Assembly (NCBI GenBank): GCA_028687915.1
Contig: JAQTZF010000001.1
Location: forward strand, 290,634-354,633
DNA from: Candidatus Daviesbacteria bacterium
GTDB taxonomy: Bacteria > Patescibacteriota > Microgenomatia > Daviesbacterales > UBA10151
Length of the DNA: 64,000 nt
Direction of reading: 5' to 3'
In this document: in pieces, positions 28,501-35,661 of the stretch
Numbering within the stretch: the stretch's first letter is position 1
How the letters are laid out: each line of letters begins with the position of its first letter
Program-made: the position numbers and the translations under genes
The notes under the pieces: model-generated
Seen by the model: the letters and a program-made list of their open reading frames with translations, nothing else
The model's database searches: none
What the model was told of the DNA's origin: nothing

Positions 28501-30764
28501 TTTTTAATGGCTCGGACGATTTTGTCATCGCCAGGGTTGGAATAGCGCAGTTTTTCGAGAGCATCTTTTTTCAGCTGCAGCTGTTTAACCTGCGGGCTTA
28601 CCTCGCCAGGTTGTTTCTCTACTTTTGGAGGGGTGACCTTTGTCTCAGGAACTGGCGCAGGTGCTGGTTTGGGTTCGGGCGCTTTCACTTCCGCTGGTTT
28701 GACCCAGGGCTTTGTGAATCTGTCGCCGTTTTTCGTCCACCATTTTGCTGCTTCCGTTTCAGGAATTACTTTTTTGTCAAAATAAACTGCTTGAGGTTCG
28801 ATATTGCCAGTCTGAGTGTTCTTGCCCATGAGGTAGGAGACACCAGCTGTCTTGCCTTTTTGTCGGAATATAGAGCCTTTATCAAAAAGACCCGCGTCTT
28901 TGACCGCCACCTTACCGACTTTATCAGTGGAATCGGCATCGAATTGAAAACCCTCAGTCGGTTTTGCGGGAGCTGGGGCAGTGGCTGCCTTGATAGTCGA
29001 CATCACTTTTTTATACCCCTCAATATCGTAGCTTTTGCCCTTAAACATGGCATAAATATCTTTGTATTGATCGTTAGTTATTTTCTGCCCCTGGAATTTT
29101 TTGGCTTCTTCCATGAGATTGAGTTTGCTGTTGACGCCGTTTTTGAGATTATCGATCACCCAGTTGACCACCCCTTTGTTGACAGTCATGTCTCTGGCAT
29201 ATTTATTCGTCTGACCATACTGATTGCGCAGGGTATTCCAGAGAGCTTTGCCATCCTTCCAGGTGGGATTTGTGATCGCGACTTCTTCCGCGATTGCAGG
29301 CGTTTGCTCGGTTGCAGCTGGCGTCTCTTTCAGAGTTGCCGATGGCGCTGCTTCGGGAGTTTTGACTGCTTCAGCGATTGCCATTTCAGGCGTTCCTTTT
29401 GATGGCGTCACCTTGATGTTTTGTTCTTTTGCCAGGGTTATGAGATCGGAGTTTGAAAGTTTGTTTGCTGGTAGTCCGAATTTTGTTTTGACTTCTTCGC
29501 CACCCAGACCCTTGATAACCTCAGCTCGTTGCTCATCGGTGAGTGTGGATCGCACTGAGAGTCCTGCTGGCATGTTTCTGATGGTGCTTACCACTAAGGC
29601 TCGTTTGTCGGGGACATTCACCCACAGCTCGCGGAATAAATCCTCGAACTCCTGGCGGAATGTCTTGCCAGTGTAGCCTGTTGGATTCTGGATTTTCGTC
29701 AAGAACTCATAGGCGCGGTTGGCTGTATTCCATGCCTGATTGAACTGACCCATCTCTTGCGGTGTTTGCATCGACTGAGCTGGGAATTGTTTTGTGATGT
29801 CGACGACCTTTTGTTTCCAGGCAGTTTTGATCTGATCCGCGCTGGCTTTCTCGTTGACTCCGAGATAATCGAATGCCTGTTTTTTAGTGATGCTCAGCTG
29901 CTCGGATGCAGCTTTCTCCATGTTCTTTTCGAGTTGCGCTGCCTGTGATGGGAATGCTTTTGCCAGGGCGTAGTTGGTAGAGTGGAGTGCAATCACTGCT
30001 GCCGTATTTTTCAATGCGTCTTCAGGACTGTCTCCCTTAATAAGTGAGGTGACATAAGCTGCAGGAGCGATGATTCCAGTCGACTTGAAATAACTGGGTT
30101 TCATACCTGCAATAGAAAATGCCCCTCCCAGAGCAAAGTCAGCTCCAAAGTCTTTGGCACGCTGCGAAGCGTCCTTGTAGAACTCTGATTTTTGAACCTG
30201 ACCTAGACCTGCGAAGGTTAAACCATTCGTCAGAAGTGAGTAAGTTTTGGGTGCAATACGAGCGAATCTAGCGACAGCAGGAATCCCTCTGGCTGCGCCT
30301 TGAATCAGCTCTCCGCCCACTAGAAAAGTTGCGACAGTGCCGAGAATGTTAAATTCGACATCGGTCATTTTGGCTGCCATTGCTGCAGTGTCGTCGGCAT
30401 ATTTAATCTCTGGATTCCACCAGCCGAAAGTGAATGCTTTGGCAAGTCCTGTGCCTGCCCCTCCGAGTGCGCCGACTGTGGCGCTGGGGAGTCGTTCCCA
30501 GAACCCTGACTCTCTTGCGCCGATCCCGAATGTTTGTGCTGCCGTCTCGACCCAGAGATTCTCGTAAGGTTTATAGCTTCCGCCTTTGTCTCCAGGGATC
30601 GCGTATTCTGATTGTTTGGTGAGTTCGGCTATCGGTTTGAAAAGATCAGTGGCTTTTGTGCTGACTGGCTTGAAGAAATCGCCCAGTGTTTTTCCCACAG
30701 AAGACACTCCCTTCTCGATAGGGCTTAATATGTTTGTTTTCAGTGTGTCTAAAAAGTTTGGCAT
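25593..30764 (-). CDS. giant virion protein (1723 aa); candidate internal/ejection or tape-measure-like protein
   Basis: Uninterrupted 5.2-kb ORF. Gly-zipper-like hydrophobic segments at the N-terminus and middle, a Pro/Ala-rich linker (KPAEVKAPEPKPAPAPVPE) and a Gly-rich C-terminus. Position is between the tail-fibre genes and the lysis cassette. Confidence 0.6.
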   Translation of the reverse strand: MPNFLDTLKTNILSPIEKGVSSVGKTLGDFFKPVSTKATDLFKPIAELTKQSEYAIPGDKGGSYKPYENLWVETAAQTFGIGARESGFWERLPSATVGALGGAGTGLAKAFTFGWWNPEIKYADDTAAMAAKMTDVEFNILGTVATFLVGGELIQGAARGIPAVARFARIAPKTYSLLTNGLTFAGLGQVQKSEFYKDASQRAKDFGADFALGGAFSIAGMKPSYFKSTGIIAPAAYVTSLIKGDSPEDALKNTAAVIALHSTNYALAKAFPSQAAQLEKNMEKAASEQLSITKKQAFDYLGVNEKASADQIKTAWKQKVVDITKQFPAQSMQTPQEMGQFNQAWNTANRAYEFLTKIQNPTGYTGKTFRQEFEDLFRELWVNVPDKRALVVSTIRNMPAGLSVRSTLTDEQRAEVIKGLGGEEVKTKFGLPANKLSNSDLITLAKEQNIKVTPSKGTPEMAIAEAVKTPEAAPSATLKETPAATEQTPAIAEEVAITNPTWKDGKALWNTLRNQYGQTNKYARDMTVNKGVVNWVIDNLKNGVNSKLNLMEEAKKFQGQKITNDQYKDIYAMFKGKSYDIEGYKKVMSTIKAATAPAPAKPTEGFQFDADSTDKVGKVAVKDAGLFDKGSIFRQKGKTAGVSYLMGKNTQTGNIEPQAVYFDKKVIPETEAAKWWTKNGDRFTKPWVKPAEVKAPEPKPAPAPVPETKVTPPKVEKQPGEVSPQVKQLQLKKDALEKLRYSNPGDDKIVRAIKKIDDQIAQQFTAQEQKAAKAEEIRLKYRPEEKELLDAERVPSVGEIMKDKEAYLKKFQERMQGKVKAPKKMRADEMATPPKGSAPRPPKEEPITQAPPPPEGSALEQIDKMVGKLGKAASVADWLKGVKPWFSRNFTDRYAPMKQFEETVSKLQGLPIDIDSSPYIAARLYAGRFGTIEVAFRDLQKIVSPVRKFRPDFTRYVLAQRAIERADRGFDNPAGVTKETGEKALTELKEKVGEKVYKQFEQAGQAIQNWSIRNILEPMRDTGLISKKAFNAVVEKNKSWMPFHVLDYLPDAKQADQMQAGSETFSVSKQGVIQGLKGTEKQIRDPFESIVDNLSKAINLTKRNEVARKLIDLRKSHPEAKEFIKYLYKDAKAPKDWDTISAFINGKVTRWAVPKELSEAMHALSPAEAGVMGKLAMASTRAFKAGVTTFYIPFTLTNAIRDFQTASIVTKWGFSPVNWLSGLMDGFKGAFKWESKAYDDFLKNQGGYGGYIGNAKQLSVVSKELFTPSWWTKTKAIINPFQLISNFSEAVELAPRLGIYKKGIAKPGVTTTEAAFEARNATVDFAKAGKEMRIINQWIPFVNARWQGLLRVKDAFKENPLKSALKAMALIVMPGVATYFYNIMNHEDLWDDIPQWAKDQYFIIILGSEKDKEGKTVPKVLQIPKGDMGAIFYNPLEYAFEYVRKQEPANLLKLAVEWTSQLSPVPFSRDGELSGSAFLGGALPPALKTLVEEVTNLNLFTGFPIIPRKLEKVAPTEQYNEKTEPLAVMLGRAVGWSPMRIAHIATGLFGSSSKYVFNPSDLVGASLQRFVRTQGGAKENAAWQLLDDTTVGYNTARIQVQKALTAGNLPQAQKIATDWNNKAKLIVPQITPLLFADDPKEAVSFQKSVMFDASDMQRLLKLSAPAGTKNPVLKPGGSAPRANDPLGLMGGSAPAPSAKPTMGQMFPTGGGATKGNDPLGLFK

Positions 30765-30820
30765 AGTATTTTTAATCCCTTCTTTCGATGGGCTTCATGA
30801 CAGGCTAAATACTGAGGAGG

Positions 30821-31915
30821 TTAAACTCCTGGCGTAAATAACCTTTTCAAAAAGCCACCGATACCGCCTTGCGTTTTTGTGTTCCATTCGTCGTCGATGA
30901 TGCTTGAGACATTCTCTCCTTTGTCCGTGACTGCTGTTCCGTAAGCTCCCTTCAGCTGATCTGCTGTGTAGCCTTGCTTCCATGCGTCCCTGATTTTCAT
31001 TCGAAGTCCCTCAGAGGGAATCGTTTGCGCTGCTGCTCCAGTTCCTGCTCCTTCTTCTGATTGATAATAGGTGGTCTTTCCTGTTGCTGGGTCAAAATAT
31101 CCGACGATATTGCCCCATGCGTCTTTCACTTGCTGCTGGTTTGCACCTGATCCGCCTTTGCTGGCATTGATTCTGCCTGTCTGTGCTTCGTAGAGTTTGA
31201 GTTCAAACTCTTTCTCCCATCTGCTCGTTTCGGTTGCTGCTGATAATTCTTGCGTTCTCGCTTGCTGGTAGGTTTGTAGTAAGCCTCCCAGGAATTGCAG
31301 GTTGTATCTCATACTGTTGACTGACGATTCTTTGTCTTTTGTCTCCATGCCCACCTTGTTGGTGATCTCTCCGAGTTTGGCGTTATATGTGCCTGCTTTC
31401 GTGTTTCTCTCATCGATCAGGTTATTGATCTTGGCGTTGGCGAGTCTTTGAATTTCGCCAGTTTCTCCAGTGATTGTCGCTGCGCTATACCCTGGATTCT
31501 TTCGCACTTTTGAGACTGATTCGTCTCTTAAATTCTTTTCGGTGGCGATGCTGGTATCTAAGGCATCAATTTCGCCTTTGACTTTATCCAGTCCTGACTT
31601 GCTGTATTCCTCCTCGTAGCGCCTGGTCTGGTAGCCTTGCAGCTCTGATTCCGCACCCTGCAGTTTGCCGTAGGTGTCCTGAAAATTCGTTTGCAGTGTC
31701 GGCAAGTCAAAGCCCATTAAATTCATAGAGCCTCCGCCTAAGTTGCTCAGTCCTGCTGCCAGATTTCCTACTGATCCCTGCCCACCTTGACCTTGACCTT
31801 GACCTGGGTCTTCGCCGTTTGTCCAGATGCCTTCGCCCCACCATCTCTGGTTTTTGCCTGTGGTTGGGTTGTCATACCATCCGCCGTATTGTTTGTCTGC
31901 CATGTTATTTTTCAC
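30821..31915 (-). CDS. hypothetical virion protein (Gly/Gln-rich N-terminus, coiled-coil middle)
   Basis: 364-aa ORF in the structural gene block. Confidence 0.45.
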   Translation of the reverse strand: MKNNMADKQYGGWYDNPTTGKNQRWWGEGIWTNGEDPGQGQGQGGQGSVGNLAAGLSNLGGGSMNLMGFDLPTLQTNFQDTYGKLQGAESELQGYQTRRYEEEYSKSGLDKVKGEIDALDTSIATEKNLRDESVSKVRKNPGYSAATITGETGEIQRLANAKINNLIDERNTKAGTYNAKLGEITNKVGMETKDKESSVNSMRYNLQFLGGLLQTYQQARTQELSAATETSRWEKEFELKLYEAQTGRINASKGGSGANQQQVKDAWGNIVGYFDPATGKTTYYQSEEGAGTGAAAQTIPSEGLRMKIRDAWKQGYTADQLKGAYGTAVTDKGENVSSIIDDEWNTKTQGGIGGFLKRLFTPGV

Positions 31916-32138
31916 CTCCTTTCGTTGGTTGTTTTACTTCAGTAATAACTCCAGTAACTAAGTTGAAGCTCCACTCCTTATTGCCATCGAGTCCGTATTT
32001 TGAGAACAGACTGACGAGCCAGACATTCTTTTGAGCTTCTAGCGCCTGGCTGATTGCGATGTGCTGCCTGACGAGTTTGTCTTTTTCTTGCAGCTCGATC
32101 AGGTCTTCGTTTTTTAGTTTTAATTTTTTATTGAACAT
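31905..32138 (-). CDS. hypothetical small protein
   Basis: GGAGG RBS sits before ATG at 32136-32138. The track ORF extends to 32213 but that overlaps the upstream gene. Confidence 0.4.
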   Translation of the reverse strand: MFNKKLKLKNEDLIELQEKDKLVRQHIAISQALEAQKNVWLVSLFSKYGLDGNKEWSFNLVTGVITEVKQPTKGGEK

Positions 32139-33447
32139 ATGCCTCCTTAATGACCCCAGGTTTGGTCTGCCACGCCTGGGTGAAATCAGTAATCTTTTTG
32201 TCGACATCTCCACCTGTTTTTCTGATCTGTTTTACCCGATGGTCGAAATATCGCTTTTTGAATGAGTCCTCGGTTTCGTCAGCCTCTTTGACGATGATCT
32301 CTCCCTCTGGTTCGAAGTCCTTGCCGAATGCGCCGTCGCGGATAGTGAAGACAATAAAATCAAAGGGAGCGCTCGACTTGCCTCCAGCGATCTCTTTGAC
32401 TGTCATGCTGTTTTTATCGACCTCTTTGACGAAGATTCCGTTGCAGTCTCCGCGCGGGGTGACATAAGCGGTGACCTTCCTGGCGTCACTGACTGCTGGG
32501 AAGTGGGCGGGAAAAGCGATCTTGCGCTCTCCGTTTGCCAAAGTATCCGATCCACGATGCACCAGCAAGACTTCAGCTGCTTCGATCCCTGTATAAACAA
32601 GCAGATGATTTTTCTTGAGCGGGTGAGGGATCGTAAAATTACACCAGCCAGTTTTGTTGATATTGCCCGCGACATTCAGTGCCTGCATTCCGCACATCAT
32701 GATGTTTAAGCTGGAGAGGTAAGCAATACCTCCGTAAATTCTTTCTGCCGACATCGACCCTGTGGTGATTTTTCCTGCGTTAAGATTGGCGATTTCGGCA
32801 TCAGTGACCGCTAAATCTTGAATCTTGGCTGTCGAAATGGCTGCATTCATGATTTTCGAATTGCCCACAGCCAAAGCGCCGATCTGCGCCCAGGTGACGG
32901 CGAGGTCTTGAATCTTTGCCGTGCTGATTGCTGCCTCCATTATCCTGGAATTACCCACCTGCAGGAGTCCGATTTTCGAATTGGTGATGGTTTCGTTGGC
33001 GATCTCGGCGTTGGTTACTGCCAGGTCTTGGATTTTGGCAGTGGAGATCGCAGCGTTCATGATCTTGCTGTTACCGACCTCTGAGTTGCCGATTTTGGCG
33101 TTGATAATCGCTGCGTCCTGGATGTGTGCCGTGATGATGACCGCTTCTTCTACCTGTGCCGACAGTGTAATGACTGCACCTGTTTTGAAGACCTTTGCTG
33201 CAGTCACGGCGTCGTCTTTTAGCTTTGATGTAGCGACTGCTGCAGCTGCCAACTTTTCCTCAGTGACCGATAAATCCATGAGGTTACCATCACTCACGGC
33301 GTTTTCTTTGAGCTGCGAACTTCCCACTGATTGCGGAGCAAGGGGGAGAGAATCCACGCCGTTGTGGGTGTGCGGTTGCACGACAGGGAAGGGCTGGTCT
33401 GTGACCTCCCTGTTCGTAAATACCTTTTTTATTAAGTCTGTTAGCAT
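32128..33447 (-). CDS. tail fibre-like protein with about 10 tandem 20-aa repeats
   Basis: 439 aa with the iterated unit AISTAKIQDLAVTNAEIANL…NSKIMNA (period about 60 bp in DNA, 32740-33140). Confidence 0.55.
   Translation of the reverse strand: MLTDLIKKVFTNREVTDQPFPVVQPHTHNGVDSLPLAPQSVGSSQLKENAVSDGNLMDLSVTEEKLAAAAVATSKLKDDAVTAAKVFKTGAVITLSAQVEEAVIITAHIQDAAIINAKIGNSEVGNSKIMNAAISTAKIQDLAVTNAEIANETITNSKIGLLQVGNSRIMEAAISTAKIQDLAVTWAQIGALAVGNSKIMNAAISTAKIQDLAVTDAEIANLNAGKITTGSMSAERIYGGIAYLSSLNIMMCGMQALNVAGNINKTGWCNFTIPHPLKKNHLLVYTGIEAAEVLLVHRGSDTLANGERKIAFPAHFPAVSDARKVTAYVTPRGDCNGIFVKEVDKNSMTVKEIAGGKSSAPFDFIVFTIRDGAFGKDFEPEGEIIVKEADETEDSFKKRYFDHRVKQIRKTGGDVDKKITDFTQAWQTKPGVIKEAYVQ
32740..33140. 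repeat. about 60-bp-period tandem coding repeats inside the tail-fibre gene
   Basis: Repeated GTCTTGAATCTTTGCCGT / GTCTTGGATTTTGGCAGT-type units. Confidence 0.5.
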
Positions 33448-33451
33448 AGTT

Positions 33452-34909
33452 TTATAAAATGCCTAATGGCTCGAAATAAGTTGTCGCCGATATAATTTCA
33501 GGCGTGTCATTGCCATTCGGATGCAAACTGACCGCCAGCTCGTAGTCTTCGCCTTCGCCTGGGTTGTCCTCATCTCCGCCTGTCTCGATAGTGAAAATCG
33601 CTTTTGTTTGCCCGACCTTATCGAATAACTCTGCGCCGTCCTGCATGGTTGCCAGCTGCCAGGTGGCTTCCTGATTGACCTTGTAATAGACTTCGATGCT
33701 GCAGTCGGCTGGCAGGGCTTTGGTCAGTAGTTTTATATGTCTGAATCCTTTTTGAGTGAATGTTTCCCCGCCGTCAAAAATCAAGCCTTCAAAGCGTCCC
33801 TCGGCTTTGTTGTCCTCGTCAATAACATCGACGCCGAAGGTTGCGCCATCCTGCCAGGAGACGAATAACTCATCGCCATAAACTGTCAGCGCTCCGATTG
33901 AGACATCTTCCATTTTTCCGTGTGAGGGAATGTATTCGAGATTGAGCGCATAGGGATCGTTTTTGTTGATCCTGCCGTAAGAGTAGACTCCACATTTTTC
34001 CGATCCGTTTAAGCCATAAAGAGGCAGCCCACCATAATTGCAGACTGCTCCTGGGTTGACCCAGCCATATGTCCCAGGGAATTTCTTGATCTTCATGAGG
34101 GTGGCAGTGTCCCAGAAGTAGAGTGCGCCTTTGATACCTGCCTGAATCGTCAGGAATTCACCCTGCATCATTGCGTTGACGCCTCGCTCGGCGACCATGC
34201 GTCTTTGAATCCAGGAGGGTTGAATTTTGTCCCATGTCCAGAGCCAGCCTTCTTCAACCTTGTCGCCTTTGTGCGATCCGAGCAATACCAGCTGATCTTG
34301 ACTCACAAGCACTTTATGACGATGACCTTTGGGAACATCGAGAGCTTCGAGATTGAAGCCTCCCTCGTAATCGACCATTGCCAGGTTTTGTGCGTCGCAG
34401 ATAAGTAGAACTCCCAGGGCTTCCACTGCTGTGTGCCAGGCAGGATCGCCATTGAGTGATTGCCAGTCGTGTTCGACATCAGTCGCCCAGTTACTTTCGT
34501 CAGCTTTGCTCAATAAAATTCTTGAGACTTTGGTTTCGGTCATCCAGTAAAGGTAAGGAACATAGTTGTCGCTGCCGTCATTGTTGGTGTATTCGGCTGC
34601 ACCAGTGATTTTGCCGTTGGCGTCCGTATAAACCAGCTCCCACGCTGAGGTGGGGGTAGCTTTCCTATACACATTTCCTGTATCACCGAAGCCATAAAGC
34701 TGTCCGTTTGAAGCGGGAACGAAAAATAGAATCAGATCAGTGACTGTCGTCAATGAGTCTTTTTTGAGTGCTTGATTGCATTTTAGGGTGTTTTCTTCCC
34801 CTCGGATATTTAAGCCATACCCGAACTGGAATGCTTCTCGCACTCCCTGATGGGGATCGTCTGCGATCCCTCCTCTGAATCCCTGTATTTTATAAGCGTT
34901 TAGTGCCAT
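33452..34909 (-). CDS. hypothetical tail or receptor-binding protein, beta-propeller-like
   Basis: 485 aa with recurrent aromatic beta-strand motifs (YGFGDTGNVY, WELVYTD, YLYWMTE, GWLWTWD, LYFWD). Confidence 0.45.
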   Translation of the reverse strand: MALNAYKIQGFRGGIADDPHQGVREAFQFGYGLNIRGEENTLKCNQALKKDSLTTVTDLILFFVPASNGQLYGFGDTGNVYRKATPTSAWELVYTDANGKITGAAEYTNNDGSDNYVPYLYWMTETKVSRILLSKADESNWATDVEHDWQSLNGDPAWHTAVEALGVLLICDAQNLAMVDYEGGFNLEALDVPKGHRHKVLVSQDQLVLLGSHKGDKVEEGWLWTWDKIQPSWIQRRMVAERGVNAMMQGEFLTIQAGIKGALYFWDTATLMKIKKFPGTYGWVNPGAVCNYGGLPLYGLNGSEKCGVYSYGRINKNDPYALNLEYIPSHGKMEDVSIGALTVYGDELFVSWQDGATFGVDVIDEDNKAEGRFEGLIFDGGETFTQKGFRHIKLLTKALPADCSIEVYYKVNQEATWQLATMQDGAELFDKVGQTKAIFTIETGGDEDNPGEGEDYELAVSLHPNGNDTPEIISATTYFEPLGIL

Positions 34910-34966
34910 AGTTTTTTCAATTTCAAGGTTTTACCTTGCCTTTGAAAGCCCCTCAATCTGGCGGGC

Positions 34967-35647
34967 TTACCTTTGCCATCTCATGCTCGTCGCTTGTCCT
35001 TTGAACACGCTTTGCGGTTCTTCGTCCTCTCTCTCTTTGAGCTGCTGCAGCATGGAATTCGCCTCGTTTATCTCTTTGACTGCCTCGTTTGCTCTGCCAG
35101 GTGTCTTCGAAAGACAGATTGCAAAAGCGAACTTGATAATCGGCTCATCCATTTCTTCTGGTGTGATCGGTTCGTCAGTTTCCTCGACCATTTTCACTGG
35201 TCGTCTCCTATAAAAGAGGTCGAGAATTTTGCCTTCCAGTCCTGCCACATCTTCGTCTTTGGTGATTTCTTTCAGGTTGAGAAAATACTCGTCACCCACA
35301 ATGGAATAAACCCTCTCGTAGGGGTAGGACTTGTCGTTATAAGCATCGATGTCGACTTTGAAATGTTTTTTCTGTTCTTCGGTGACGGGATCGTAAGCGG
35401 TAAGTAGAATCATTCCGCCTGGTTTGAAATCAAAAGGAAGGTAGTAATCTTCTTTCAGTGTGCCGTCGATTTCTAGTTCGATGGCTTGGGTAGCATGGTG
35501 ATTTAAGAACTTCCAGGCTGCATAATTGCAAGCCCTCACCACTGATTTATTGATCCAGCGTTCTTTGTCTTCGGGCTTCCAAAAGCCTGTTATTTTGCTG
35601 GCTGCGATTCTGGCATCTAAATCTTGTGTAAATTCTTGAAATTCCAT
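34967..35647 (-). CDS. hypothetical virion protein
   Basis: 226-aa ORF. Confidence 0.45.
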   Translation of the reverse strand: MEFQEFTQDLDARIAASKITGFWKPEDKERWINKSVVRACNYAAWKFLNHHATQAIELEIDGTLKEDYYLPFDFKPGGMILLTAYDPVTEEQKKHFKVDIDAYNDKSYPYERVYSIVGDEYFLNLKEITKDEDVAGLEGKILDLFYRRRPVKMVEETDEPITPEEMDEPIIKFAFAICLSKTPGRANEAVKEINEANSMLQQLKEREDEEPQSVFKGQATSMRWQR

Positions 35648-35661
35648 ATTTTCACCTCCTC

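Noticed and set aside
28218-29402. 394-aa plus-strand ORF (Phe/Cys/Arg-rich), plus many other plus-strand ORFs between 25600 and 59700
   Set aside because: They are antisense to long, motif-bearing minus-strand phage genes. Their odd composition (F/C/R/S-rich) is characteristic of reverse-frame artefacts in GC-rich coding DNA.
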